A stretch of 64,000 nucleotides of DNA, from the sequence record PZ019086.1; one strand, written 5' to 3'. The stretch is from a phage. Positions 18,433-27,847 of this stretch are shown piece by piece (position 1 is the first letter of the stretch; each line of letters starts with the position of its first letter). The notes beneath the pieces were generated by a model. It made no database searches, was not told the origin of the DNA, and saw only the letters and a program-made list of their open reading frames with translations. The translations under genes were made by a program, and so were the position numbers.

Positions 18433-19116
18433 TTATCGTTTTGTTGGAAGAGACAGAGGATCGCACTCTTCCTCTGACGGAGCATCTTCAAGACCCATAG
18501 CATATCGCAAAGCATACTTCATCATCAGAATGTCTTTCGCACAGTCATGAATAGAATCATGTGCAACGAATCCATCTAAAGTTCCCTTTGGAAGAGGACA
18601 CGTGGTCATATCACGAACAAGAAGAAGTGCTTCAATTCTGGTACGAATATCACGCTGATTCCAGAATTTACATGGTTCTAACTTAAATGTATCAAGCTCA
18701 TTCTCAGAAACGCCGTTAAGACGTTGAATATCACGAATGAGATCGACTAAAATTGGAAAATCAAACGACATTCCACGGCACCAGCCTTGAGATTTCCAAG
18801 GATCGATGTTATGTGCATTGATGTAATCATTAAATTTTACAATACCATCGATAGTGCTTACATCTTCATCTGATGGTGCAATATTTTTTCGAGCTTCAGG
18901 AGACTGATTTTTCCACCATTCGATAGTGCTTTTAGTAAAAAGACGATGTCCTTTTTGGCTTTTTAAATCAAACTTGATTTTAATGCCGCGCGAAACTAAT
19001 TCATCAAATGTTTCAACTACTTCTGGATTAGGGTCAAAGGCAATAACAGCCAAATCAATAACAGCTGCCTTTTCACCGCTTCCCATTGTTTCAAAATCTA
19101 TAATAAAATCAAACAT
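18433..19116 (-). CDS. dexA: Exonuclease A DexA
   Basis: 227 aa, same as T4 DexA; DEDD-type N-terminus (IIDFETMG). Confidence 0.8.
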   Translation of the reverse strand: MFDFIIDFETMGSGEKAAVIDLAVIAFDPNPEVVETFDELVSRGIKIKFDLKSQKGHRLFTKSTIEWWKNQSPEARKNIAPSDEDVSTIDGIVKFNDYINAHNIDPWKSQGWCRGMSFDFPILVDLIRDIQRLNGVSENELDTFKLEPCKFWNQRDIRTRIEALLLVRDMTTCPLPKGTLDGFVAHDSIHDCAKDILMMKYALRYAMGLEDAPSEEECDPLSLPTKR

Positions 19117-19391
19117 TAAATTTTCCTCGCTAAATCGCGAATTTGACCTACAGTATAATCTTGGATATAAACTTTATTAATGGGCTCATCAATAAATTTT
19201 GCCATAGATTCAATATCTTTTTGTATCTCTTCAAGACTGTATACTATCTTTGAAGCTTTTTCGCGAATAGTAACATTATCAGGTCCTGGATTTTCCTCAA
19301 TGACAGCTTTAACATTTGCCATAAGAGATTTAAACTGGTGCAAACTTAATTCAATCATTAATAACCGCCTTATAAAGATGGCTAATTTCAC
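19116..19391 (-). CDS. Hypothetical protein (91 aa)
   Basis: ORF, ATGA overlap with dexA. Confidence 0.4.
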   Translation of the reverse strand: MKLAIFIRRLLMIELSLHQFKSLMANVKAVIEENPGPDNVTIREKASKIVYSLEEIQKDIESMAKFIDEPINKVYIQDYTVGQIRDLARKI

Positions 19392-19605
19392 CTAAAACAT
19401 AATCACCGATTGTAACAGTTTTCACTTCACCGCAAAAGAATTCTAACGCAATCAAATCTCGTTCAATTTCTTCCAATTGAAGCATTAACTTTCCTGATTC
19501 AATTTTCACGTTTTTGCGATTTTTACGATTTTTACTATAAGCTATTTCATAAATTTCGCTCACTTTATCTTGAAGTAGATAAAACTGGTCTTTAGTTATT
19601 TCCAC
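19351..19605 (-). CDS. Hypothetical protein (84 aa)
   Basis: ORF upstream of previous; similar repeated charged/hydrophobic pattern. Confidence 0.4.
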   Translation of the reverse strand: MEITKDQFYLLQDKVSEIYEIAYSKNRKNRKNVKIESGKLMLQLEEIERDLIALEFFCGEVKTVTIGDYVLGEISHLYKAVIND

Positions 19606-19626
19606 GAATAGCTTCCTCGAATTTAA

Positions 19627-20946
19627 TCATACGTAAAACACATCATAACGACCACGAGTGACACCAACATAAAGAAGCTGTTGAGCTAGTTCAGCGTCTG
19701 CATAATGAATACAAGGCGTATAGATAAAAGCACGATCTACAGACATGCCCTGAGCTTTATGGAATGTTGACGCAGGAAGTGCTTTTACTTTACTAAATTG
19801 TGATTTAGCATCCCAAAAATCACTCCATGGAGCCTTTCCGCCTTTATTCCAATTTTTGTAAGTTTCTGCAGTTTTACCTAAAAATAAGTTAAACTTATAC
19901 AGCTCTTCATCAGATGAAATTATTTTAATCTTTTCACGATAATATTCATCATCGCCGTAAGTTTCTACTGTTAAATCCCAATGACGAATTAGATATTCTC
20001 CAGGAACGCCACGAGCTTTAACAAATGTTGATGTATATTCTGCTTCTATAATACGAACTAATTGTCCGTTATTAAAAATAATTTCTGACACAGGCTTTCC
20101 ATCAATTTTATATGTTTTAATTAACGGTTCCTGCATTACAATAATTTCACCGACAATAAAATCTTTATCAGTTTCAAAAATCTTTTTACGAATAATGCTA
20201 TTTAACTTATCAACAGATTTATTCGTAAATGCCATTACGCGATTTTCAAACAAATCATCTAGTGATTTTACGATTGAAAAATAATTTACCATAAAATCGC
20301 GTAAAGCGGTATCACCAGTAAATCCACGTACTCCATGCCCGTCAACAACTTTATCATAAATCCACTTACCGTTGCGAACATCAGTAGCTACATCAATAAT
20401 AGGAGCATTACTGCGTTTAACTTCGGTGAGTTCACACTGATAAAAATCTTTGTGTGTAAAGAATGGACTGATATAAGCAGTGTTTTCTCCTGGGTCAACA
20501 GGTCTAATTTGCTTATTATCGCCGATTCCAATTATAGTACACCACGGCGGGATAGTTGAAAGCAGAATTTTAAATAGCTTTCTATCATACATTGACACTT
20601 CGTCACAGATTAATACCCTGCATTTAGCTAAATCTGGTACTTCTTTTTGTTCAAAAAGAACGTTTTCTTCATACGTTACTGGGTTAATTTTAAGAATACT
20701 GTGAATAGTACTCGCTTCTTTCCCTGACAGTTTTGAAAGAATCTTTTTAGCTGCATGAGTAGGAGCTGCTAAAATAATTCCAGTTTCGCCCGTAGATATT
20801 AAAGCTTCAATGATGAACTTAGTAAGAGTAGTCTTACCAGTACCAGCAGGTCCATTAATAGTTACATGATGTTTCTTTTCTTTGATAGCCCTCATAACGA
20901 TGTTAAAGGCATTTTTCTGGCCTTCTGTCAAATCATCAAATGTCAT
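19627..20946 (-). CDS. dda: Dda DNA helicase (SF1)
   Basis: 439 aa, same as T4 Dda; Walker A GPAGTGKTT. Confidence 0.9.
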   Translation of the reverse strand: MTFDDLTEGQKNAFNIVMRAIKEKKHHVTINGPAGTGKTTLTKFIIEALISTGETGIILAAPTHAAKKILSKLSGKEASTIHSILKINPVTYEENVLFEQKEVPDLAKCRVLICDEVSMYDRKLFKILLSTIPPWCTIIGIGDNKQIRPVDPGENTAYISPFFTHKDFYQCELTEVKRSNAPIIDVATDVRNGKWIYDKVVDGHGVRGFTGDTALRDFMVNYFSIVKSLDDLFENRVMAFTNKSVDKLNSIIRKKIFETDKDFIVGEIIVMQEPLIKTYKIDGKPVSEIIFNNGQLVRIIEAEYTSTFVKARGVPGEYLIRHWDLTVETYGDDEYYREKIKIISSDEELYKFNLFLGKTAETYKNWNKGGKAPWSDFWDAKSQFSKVKALPASTFHKAQGMSVDRAFIYTPCIHYADAELAQQLLYVGVTRGRYDVFYV

Positions 20947-21254
20947 CGTAAATTCCCTGCAATTGGTATACTAACAATACGCCCAGTATCTAAAATTCGC
21001 CGATATAATCTTTGTGTGTCTACATCAGGCTTAACGTGTTTAACTTCTATTTTATTAAACCAAAACTTGCGTGGAGTCTCAACTAATCTAGGAATTCCCA
21101 TACCTAAAGCTAGTCGATACTGATCTTTAAGAGTTGTAAATACTTTATCAGCAATCTCCCTTTCAAAAAATACAGCAGGGCGATGTTCATCGAGCGGAAC
21201 AGGCACTGCAAATCCATCTTTGTCTCTATACACTATCGCATATACATAAAACAT
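20943..21254 (-). CDS. Hypothetical protein (103 aa, dda.1 position)
   Basis: ORF with ATGA overlap to dda. Confidence 0.45.
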   Translation of the reverse strand: MFYVYAIVYRDKDGFAVPVPLDEHRPAVFFEREIADKVFTTLKDQYRLALGMGIPRLVETPRKFWFNKIEVKHVKPDVDTQRLYRRILDTGRIVSIPIAGNLR

Positions 21255-21255
21255 A

Positions 21256-22002
21256 TTATCCTCGGATAAGTTTAAAAATTGAACAATTTAGCGGGTATCC
21301 TCTTTTCAGTTTAAGTTTATCAATAAAAGACAAGTTTTGATACCGCTCTACACCTTGAATAATTTTATCACACATATCATATTGCATTTCTGCTTCTGAC
21401 AACTTTTTCACGGTTTTCCAATCCGAGCCTTTAAGAAGAACGTTCAATTTAACAACTTCAGCGCCTTCTGCTATACGAGAACCATCAATACGAGCTTTGA
21501 GTGCTATAATCGTTAGCTTAACGTCAGAGGTCTGTTTTGATTTAGAAAGCTGAGAAATGTGTTCAATTCGGTTTTCACGTTTTTTCTGTATAGCTTTAAT
21601 TTGATTATAAGTCTTTTTGATTTTAGCCCATTTCTTTTCATCTAAATTTAGTTTATGAACTTTTTTCGCAGATGAACGACCAATTCGTAAAGCAAATAAA
21701 TCACGCTTTTCAATCAACTCTTCTAAAGTATAATCAGAACGAAATGTATTATACTTTTTCTTTACTGCAATAACATTCCCTTTAATGTATCCAACGTTAT
21801 TATCAAAACGTTCTAATGATAATTTCTCTCCTTCAATACGATTATCAAAAGGTTCTCCCGAGTAAGCGCAAACTTTCTGATCTAAAATGTTCTTAATGTA
21901 ATTGAAGTCTAAGTTAAAATCTTTAGAACGTCTTTTAGCAGATGCCCGAGTGTTCTCTAGACGACGTGTAATTTTACGAATTTGATTTTTAGACAGTTTC
22001 AT
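21256..22002 (-). CDS. Basic 248 aa protein, possibly Srd-equivalent by position
   Basis: Between dda.1 and modA; Lys/Arg-rich; identity not verified. Confidence 0.35.
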   Translation of the reverse strand: MKLSKNQIRKITRRLENTRASAKRRSKDFNLDFNYIKNILDQKVCAYSGEPFDNRIEGEKLSLERFDNNVGYIKGNVIAVKKKYNTFRSDYTLEELIEKRDLFALRIGRSSAKKVHKLNLDEKKWAKIKKTYNQIKAIQKKRENRIEHISQLSKSKQTSDVKLTIIALKARIDGSRIAEGAEVVKLNVLLKGSDWKTVKKLSEAEMQYDMCDKIIQGVERYQNLSFIDKLKLKRGYPLNCSIFKLIRG

Positions 22003-22032
22003 ATTTTTCTCACGGACGGGTTAACTACTTAT

Positions 22033-22062
22033 ACTATAACATTTTTACTTCAGCTTGTAAAC
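22033..22062 (-). promoter_or_regulatory. T4-type early promoter
   Basis: GTTTAC / 18 nt / TATAGT on minus strand. Confidence 0.45.
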
Positions 22063-22118
22063 AACTTTATGAAAAATGCTTTAAAACTTTCATGGTATAA
22101 TGAATCTAAGTCCTTCCA

Positions 22119-22721
22119 TTATAGATTAAATCCTTCAAAATCAAGAGTATAGATAGTGTATGTTGAATACTTTTTATACTCGTATCTATCCGCAATTCTA
22201 AATACACTTCCAGCTGGTATCATTACTTCTTGTTCATCTGAAACTAATTCCATATTACGATAACGATGGCTATCTGGAAACTTAAAACTTGGACTATATT
22301 CTTTACAACGTAGAGCTTTTATAGCATACTCCTGGAAATTAAATACCATAGGAGCTTTGAATTCAAAAATAACTTGTGTGTTGTATTCTAATCCAGAAGC
22401 AAAATGTATAGCTATATTTTTATCATATGAAGCTGATACTACTTTATCAAATGTAATAATATCAATTCCTTGATTTAACACCTGCTTAGTCTCAACTGGA
22501 ACACCTCTCCAAAGAGGTTTATCGTTTGGTTCCAAACGAGATTTGATTATTTCATTTAACCAAGAATGATCGTCTGGCTTATTAGTAATACAATGAATTA
22601 AAAGTTCAATTTCGGATAAATTAAATCCTTCAGAAAGTAATTCTTCACGAATAGAAGCACGCACAGATGCATCCATTGATTTGATTTTAAAATCTTTTAA
22701 TTGCATTGCTGAATATTTCAT
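22119..22721 (-). CDS. modA: ADP-ribosyltransferase ModA
   Basis: 200 aa; R...S-x-S...E-x-E pattern (LWRG, SASY, EQEVMIP); T4 ModA is 200 aa. Confidence 0.75.
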   Translation of the reverse strand: MKYSAMQLKDFKIKSMDASVRASIREELLSEGFNLSEIELLIHCITNKPDDHSWLNEIIKSRLEPNDKPLWRGVPVETKQVLNQGIDIITFDKVVSASYDKNIAIHFASGLEYNTQVIFEFKAPMVFNFQEYAIKALRCKEYSPSFKFPDSHRYRNMELVSDEQEVMIPAGSVFRIADRYEYKKYSTYTIYTLDFEGFNL

Positions 22722-23341
22722 TCAACTACCTCAATATCATACACTTTAAATGTTCCAAATGAATCGTGTAATTTTTCTTTTGAAATAGAAGTTATTTTAT
22801 ACTTTCCAATTGGAATCATCCATTCTTGTTCACGTACAATCATCATTAAGTTATCAGTACGTTCTGAATCTAATCCATCAGTATCTTCATATGTATACTT
22901 AAACTCAGTATTAGGAGAAGAAAGTATAATATCGCTGATATGGTCAGAATAATTAAAAGCTTTATCAGTTTTTAAGCGAAATATTATTTCAGTGGAATAT
23001 TCAACATAAGAAAAACCACATGCTGTGTGCAAACTAGTAGTAAATGAATCTACTCTGTTCGTTGAAAACACTTCTCCAACTTGTAAATCTTTAATGAGTT
23101 CTTTTGTCGATTTTGATATACCACGATATAGCTGATAAGGCGATTTAGTTAAATGCTTTTTAACGATTTTATTCAACTGCTGATGAAGAGCTTCATTCTT
23201 TTTGGCTTCCATACATTGCCAAAGAATTGACTGTTCAAAGTCCGTAAATTTTTCACAGACCTTTTTATACATATCATATTGAAAATCAACACTTTCAGCT
23301 TTTATAGATAGCTGTTCAACATCTGCAAGATTAATAATCAT
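22718..23341 (-). CDS. modB: ADP-ribosyltransferase ModB
   Basis: 207 aa paralog of ModA (LYRG, FSTN, EQEWMIP); T4 ModB is 207 aa. Confidence 0.75.
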   Translation of the reverse strand: MIINLADVEQLSIKAESVDFQYDMYKKVCEKFTDFEQSILWQCMEAKKNEALHQQLNKIVKKHLTKSPYQLYRGISKSTKELIKDLQVGEVFSTNRVDSFTTSLHTACGFSYVEYSTEIIFRLKTDKAFNYSDHISDIILSSPNTEFKYTYEDTDGLDSERTDNLMMIVREQEWMIPIGKYKITSISKEKLHDSFGTFKVYDIEVVE

Positions 23342-23408
23342 GATAGCCTCCGTATACTTCAGAAGCTATCATATCATTGTTAGGAAGGAAAGTAAACAAC
23401 TTTTTGAA

Positions 23409-23591
23409 TTATTTTGCCCAGGGAGCCCAGGGCGGAGGGTCAAGATGGTATGAAGCTAGTTCTTCTAGAAGAGCATCTGGGGCTTCAATTCCATAATTCT
23501 GTAATACTATACGGTACTCTTTCTTATAATCACTAGAATCATTCTGGATATTCGTAAAATGATTATCTTCTAACATCTCAAATAAATCCAT
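23409..23591 (-). CDS. Hypothetical protein (60 aa)
   Basis: ORF in modB-soc accessory block. Confidence 0.35.
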   Translation of the reverse strand: MDLFEMLEDNHFTNIQNDSSDYKKEYRIVLQNYGIEAPDALLEELASYHLDPPPWAPWAK

Positions 23592-23599
23592 ATTAATTC

Positions 23600-24070
23600 C
23601 TAGCGATAAAAACCAAAATAACGATTAGCTTCAATAATCTTTCTTTCTTCTTCAGACATTCTCCAGCGTAGTCCAACATCAAAATGAGCCCAGACCATCT
23701 TAACAAATGCATTTATATCTTTAATATCTTCAATAATGAATGTTTTACTTTTAGAAGGTTGACTAGCTAATTTAACTTTATCATCTTCAAACAGGTCAAA
23801 AAGACCGTATTCATGAGCTCTTTTATAGCCTTTAATAGTTAAAGCTTCAGAAGAAGAAAACGGCGAATCAGTATTCTGCAAAATATCTTCAGTATGCTTT
23901 ATAATTAGAATAACATTTTCTGGATATTTTCTTTCTTTTATATCTTTAATTAAAATATCCGGATTTTCTGCTAAAGGAATAATTAATGAGCACTTTTTAT
24001 CAAGTGCATTTACTGATTTACCTTCTTTGGACATAAATTCTATTGAATAATGTTTTGCTACTTCAATCAT
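23600..24070 (-). CDS. Hypothetical protein (156 aa)
   Basis: ORF. Confidence 0.45.
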   Translation of the reverse strand: MIEVAKHYSIEFMSKEGKSVNALDKKCSLIIPLAENPDILIKDIKERKYPENVILIIKHTEDILQNTDSPFSSSEALTIKGYKRAHEYGLFDLFEDDKVKLASQPSKSKTFIIEDIKDINAFVKMVWAHFDVGLRWRMSEEERKIIEANRYFGFYR

Positions 24071-24223
24071 GTGATTTCCTCTTGCCTACTAATGGGCCGT
24101 CAGGAATTTTGTTTTCCTGGATATATTTCTCATTTTCTTCCATCATTTTACTACCGACTTTAAGAAGCAAATCCAGTGCTTCATTTGCTTTAGCTTTAGC
24201 CTCTTCTAACGTCATATCTCTGT

Positions 24224-24427
24224 TCATGATTTATCCCCATAGATGTCTCTCATCAATTTAAGCGCTGAGCGTTCTAATTTCTTTTCTTTCTCAGCACTAA
24301 TCATTGATTTCATCCATTCTTCCGATTCGTTCTGCATTTCTTTATTTGCTTGTTCAACCCAACCATCGTCAATATACATTGAGTTTGGTCTATTGAACCA
24401 TTCAAGCATCTTCTTCAGAACTTTCAT
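24224..24427 (-). CDS. Hypothetical protein (67 aa)
   Basis: ORF. Confidence 0.35.
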   Translation of the reverse strand: MKVLKKMLEWFNRPNSMYIDDGWVEQANKEMQNESEEWMKSMISAEKEKKLERSALKLMRDIYGDKS

Positions 24428-24899
24428 TTGTTTTACCTAAAACAATAGTAGGAGCATCGTCAAATTCATGAATTTTTAGCAATTTTGGATTTAAATTATT
24501 CCATACATAATAAATGAAGTATGATAAAGCATCTTCACTCGCAATTATAAATTTATTTCCTTTATCTATTTTCCAGTCATATACTGAATCGTACGAATAA
24601 AAAGATAAAGGGTTATCATTATATTGTTCTGCGCTAACATTGATGTATTCGGATTTAGTAAATGCTTCAATTGCTCTAAACGGACTATTTGGCACAGTTT
24701 CAATAATTCCGATCTTTTTAAGTTTTATTTCAGCATCTTCTGGAACTGGCATTGAAACGAAATTTTCTACGAGATACATAGGATTACGATAACCCTTATC
24801 AATAATTACAGCTACAGTAATTGGAACATCTTTAGCAAATGACATGCTATTACTGCTAATATACATTTCAAACAAAATCGCTTCCATAATTTTCCTCAA
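24402..24899 (-). CDS. Hypothetical protein (165 aa), possibly Mrh-equivalent by position and size
   Basis: ORF; position-based guess only. Confidence 0.4.
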   Translation of the reverse strand: MRKIMEAILFEMYISSNSMSFAKDVPITVAVIIDKGYRNPMYLVENFVSMPVPEDAEIKLKKIGIIETVPNSPFRAIEAFTKSEYINVSAEQYNDNPLSFYSYDSVYDWKIDKGNKFIIASEDALSYFIYYVWNNLNPKLLKIHEFDDAPTIVLGKTNESSEEDA

Positions 24900-25234
24900 T
24901 CACAAGATGTAGATGAACAACTAGAATCACAAGAACTTCCACACGAATCGCCTGCCCATACATGAACAGGAACATTAGTGTCATATGAATCAGAACTAGA
25001 CTGTGTATTCTGCGTATTAGATGATGTAGGTGTTGACCAGCGCCAAGGATTTTTATAATATTCCTGGGCTTCTTCATAAGTCATAGTAACTGCTTCTACT
25101 GTTCCATCTCCCATATAAACATATTCAACTACAGTTAAAGGAAGGTAGTCATTTGAAATAGGAACTACACCTTCTCCGGGAGTTGTAGAGAAAAAATCTG
25201 TAAAGAAACTTTTAAACCAATTAAAGATAAACAT
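24896..25234 (-). CDS. Hypothetical protein (112 aa) with Cys/Ser-rich C-terminal tail
   Basis: C-terminus [19 protein letters not shown]. Confidence 0.4.
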   Translation of the reverse strand: MFIFNWFKSFFTDFFSTTPGEGVVPISNDYLPLTVVEYVYMGDGTVEAVTMTYEEAQEYYKNPWRWSTPTSSNTQNTQSSSDSYDTNVPVHVWAGDSCGSSCDSSCSSTSCD

Positions 25235-25446
25235 TACAAAAAGCCTCTTTGAAATTCGACTCTTTGAAATCCACCCCAGTCAGTGTATCGCATTTCAGCA
25301 TTGAACTCGACTGAACCATCTGCATGCATCATGAATGAATGCGTGACGACATCACAATCCCAGCTTTTCATACCCCATTTATCAGCGATAGCTTTATCAA
25401 GAACCTTCTGGAGGTCTTCATTTGGTTTAATCCAACGATTTAACAT
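25234..25446 (-). CDS. Hypothetical protein (70 aa)
   Basis: ORF downstream of consensus early promoter 25473..25502. Confidence 0.4.
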   Translation of the reverse strand: MLNRWIKPNEDLQKVLDKAIADKWGMKSWDCDVVTHSFMMHADGSVEFNAEMRYTDWGGFQRVEFQRGFL

Positions 25447-25472
25447 AGTGTTCTCCTCTATAAGATATTTTT

Positions 25473-25502
25473 ATTATACCACACTCATTTTGACATGTAA
25501 AC
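25473..25502 (-). promoter_or_regulatory. T4-type early promoter
   Basis: GTTTAC / 18 nt / TGG-TATAAT on minus strand. Confidence 0.55.
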
Positions 25503-25517
25503 CATAAAATGAAAAAA

Positions 25518-25535
25518 GGAATCCCGGAGGATTCC
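25518..25535 (-). terminator. Terminator hairpin after soc
   Basis: GGAATCCCGGAGGATTCC palindrome followed by UUUUUUCAUUUU on the minus strand. Confidence 0.6.
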
Positions 25536-25543
25536 TTAAATTA

Positions 25544-25789
25544 TTAACCACCAGTTACTTTCCACAAATCTTCATTTGCAGTAATCCATTCAGTACGTTG
25601 ATTTTCTTCATATACAGTAGTATATGCTGCTTTTTCTGAAGGGAATATCTGATAATGAGCGCCAGAAATTTTGTGAACGTCAGAATAAAGAGGGAAAGCT
25701 ACAGAAATTTCTTTTCCTTCAATTTTCTTATTTCCATCTAATTTCTGCTCAAATGTTTTAATATTAACATAACCGCGAGTACTAGCCAT
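25544..25789 (-). CDS. soc: Small outer capsid protein Soc
   Basis: 81 aa, MASTRGYVNIKTFEQKLDGNKKIEGKEISVAFPLYSDVHK... matches remembered T4 Soc; late promoter TATAAATA upstream. Confidence 0.9.
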   Translation of the reverse strand: MASTRGYVNIKTFEQKLDGNKKIEGKEISVAFPLYSDVHKISGAHYQIFPSEKAAYTTVYEENQRTEWITANEDLWKVTGG

Positions 25790-25819
25790 GTAATTCTCCT
25801 TTTATTTAAATTACATGAC

Positions 25820-25827
25820 TATTTATA
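25820..25827 (-). promoter_or_regulatory. Late promoter box TATAAATA for soc
   Basis: Exact TATAAATA on minus strand ~30 nt upstream of soc ATG, followed by SD AAGGAG. Confidence 0.6.
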
Positions 25828-25861
25828 ATAAATTCTCACAGCTTTTAAGCTGTCGTTTATA

Positions 25862-26380
25862 TTAATAACCTCGGTCTTGACGTTCAAAATTATGCTTGTT
25901 CTTCAGATAATAAAGTTTAAAGATTTCTTCAGCAGTAAGACCGAGACCTTGGAACATGTTCAGAACGAAATGAAGAATATCAATCATTTCGAATTTAATT
26001 TCCAATTGGTCTTGTGGTGACAAATCAGTAATTAGAGTTTCACGACGTTCACCATGCTGTGACTTCCAAGGTTTCCATACAGCAGATGCATCTTTTTCAC
26101 CATTGCTCATACCGCCAAGAGAAGTCAGAAGTTCACGGAATTCATCATCAATGTAATCTTTCTGATTACGCAGCCAATCAACAACTTCACCTGCAGTAGC
26201 CAAATCATCAGGATGACGGTTATATTCAGGTTTATCTTTAGCTAAACGAACCTGCAGAGATTTCTGCATATCAAGCATAACCTGCAGCGGGTCTTTTTCA
26301 TCACCGAGAATATCCCAGTATTCATTTTGAGCTTTATCAGCGCCTTCGATCAGTTGTGAACATTCATTAAAGTAAGCCAT
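25862..26380 (-). CDS. 56: dCTPase / dCTP pyrophosphatase gp56 (MazG-like); true start at internal Met, track ORF over-extended to 26488
   Basis: 172 aa from MAYFNECSQ... with SD AAGGAAA; T4 gp56 is 171 aa; upstream 36 codons are low-complexity read-through of an AT-rich region. Confidence 0.75.
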   Translation of the reverse strand: MAYFNECSQLIEGADKAQNEYWDILGDEKDPLQVMLDMQKSLQVRLAKDKPEYNRHPDDLATAGEVVDWLRNQKDYIDDEFRELLTSLGGMSNGEKDASAVWKPWKSQHGERRETLITDLSPQDQLEIKFEMIDILHFVLNMFQGLGLTAEEIFKLYYLKNKHNFERQDRGY

Positions 26381-26453
26381 TATTTTTCCTTTCAATTCAT
26401 GGGTTAGTAGATTAATTATACAATAAATATATAAAGCAATAAGGAGGATATAT

Positions 26454-26654
26454 ATGGTACAAAAATTAATGGCACTTGTAGATGCCATAAAAGGTAATAA
26501 AAGACGTATAGCTTTTACTATTTCTGCTATGGTAGGAATTTTACTTTGGAATTTTGTTTTATCGCCAGTTGCTATTGCTCATGGTGTTAGTATTCCAGTA
26601 ATTACTCTCGATACATTCGTAGATTTAGCATTTGCTTTAGTTGGGTTAATTTAA
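26454..26654 (+). CDS. Plus-strand small membrane ORF (66 aa) in the 56-61 gap
   Basis: Canonical SD AAGGAGG 6 nt upstream of ATG; predicted TM segment(s); 3' end overlaps gene 61 stop by 4 nt on the opposite strand. Confidence 0.35.
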   Translation: MVQKLMALVDAIKGNKRRIAFTISAMVGILLWNFVLSPVAIAHGVSIPVITLDTFVDLAFALVGLI

Positions 26655-27679
26655 ATCTTAGCATATTTAGATAGCCGCATTTTGGCCATCAACCCTTGGG
26701 CAATATTATTTTTCATATATTCCATAATTTGTTCAGGGGTTGCACCTTCCTTTCTAATCATATCATTAACATCTTTTGATTTCCAGGGAGATTTGTCCCA
26801 AAACATAACCCTTTCTCCTGCATCAACCAATTTAGTCATTCGTTTAATAGTATCAGGGTGACGAGGTTCATTATCTAAAACCCATACACGTCTATCTTTA
26901 AATGGAACAATTTCTAGGTCTAATTGACCACCCGTAATAGCTATACCATTTTCAATAAAAAGTGAATCTATAGGTCCTTCTAGAACATATACATCACCAT
27001 CTTTGACTCGTTCAACTCCATAAATTTTTGTTGCCTCAGGATAAGCTTTGATTGTGATATATTTTTGAGGAGCATCTTTCTTTAATGCACGCCCTTGAAA
27101 AGACTCAGCTTTTCCATTAGCATTATAAATTGGAATAACAAGACGAGGCTCAGGTATTTCCTTTTTATATGTTCCTGGTGCTATACTATTAACTAATTTA
27201 GGCCATTCAGTTGTAAACCAAAGATATTTCCATTTATCCTTTGGAATACAACGGGCTTTTACATATTTTATAATTGGATGGTCTTCCGCCAGTTTATCTA
27301 ATCTAATGCATGACGGAAGAGATTTAATTATTTTCTTCTCAGGTTGTTTAGGAAGTTCTTTAGGTTTTTCTACTGGACGACTTTTACCTTTTTCTTTTCT
27401 TATTTCAAAGATATACTCACGATATAAATCAGGTTCAAACTCCTTTAAATATATTCCGATTGGTGCATGATAGTTGCAGTTATAACAATGAATATTTCCT
27501 TCATTATTATCACCATAATACCATCCACGGGCTTTATTTTGGTCGGTTTTTGAATCTCCACAAACAGGGCATCTAAACCGTAATTTAAAAGTTGAACTAT
27601 TATTTACTTGTGTGAATTTAGGTAAATGAGCCAATGCACGGTATGCAAACTCATTATCAATCCAAGGTATTGATGACAT
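26651..27679 (-). CDS. 61: DNA primase gp61
   Basis: 342 aa as T4 gp61; N-terminal zinc ribbon (CPVCGD...CYNC) and Toprim (EGPIDSLF). Confidence 0.9.
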   Translation of the reverse strand: MSSIPWIDNEFAYRALAHLPKFTQVNNSSTFKLRFRCPVCGDSKTDQNKARGWYYGDNNEGNIHCYNCNYHAPIGIYLKEFEPDLYREYIFEIRKEKGKSRPVEKPKELPKQPEKKIIKSLPSCIRLDKLAEDHPIIKYVKARCIPKDKWKYLWFTTEWPKLVNSIAPGTYKKEIPEPRLVIPIYNANGKAESFQGRALKKDAPQKYITIKAYPEATKIYGVERVKDGDVYVLEGPIDSLFIENGIAITGGQLDLEIVPFKDRRVWVLDNEPRHPDTIKRMTKLVDAGERVMFWDKSPWKSKDVNDMIRKEGATPEQIMEYMKNNIAQGLMAKMRLSKYAKI

Positions 27680-27681
27680 TT

Positions 27682-27846
27682 TTACTCTTCTTTTTCTTTA
27701 GATTCCTCTTTTTTCTTTTTAGGAATCTGTTCAGGACCTTTATTTACTACAGCACCTGACGTTGTTCCAGTAGAGATATTTTCAGGATTACCGCCTGAAT
27801 CTCCAGCTACCATATCTTCTTTAATAAATTCTTTATATGTTTTCAT
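27682..27846 (-). CDS. Small Lys/Glu-rich ORF (54 aa), not in ORF track
   Basis: Manual translation MKTYKEFIKEDMVAGDSGGNPENISTG...KKKKEESKEKEE. Confidence 0.3.
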   Translation of the reverse strand: MKTYKEFIKEDMVAGDSGGNPENISTGTTSGAVVNKGPEQIPKKKKEESKEKEE

Positions 27847-27847
27847 A

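Noticed and set aside
24868-25077. ORF 24868..25077 (His/Leu-rich, 69 aa)
   Set aside because: Alternative frame fully overlapping ORF 24896..25234 on the same strand, with compositionally biased translation; likely spurious
26381-26488. N-terminal 36-codon extension of the gene 56 ORF in the track
   Set aside because: Low-complexity Ile/Leu/Tyr-rich translation of an AT-rich intergenic region; an internal Met with a good SD gives the expected ~172 aa dCTPase
25790-26650. Apparent absence of segF/69 between soc and 56, and of dam between 56 and 61, relative to T4
   Set aside because: This relies on my recollection of T4 gene order and cannot be verified without a reference alignment; noted only as context for the plus-strand ORF finding
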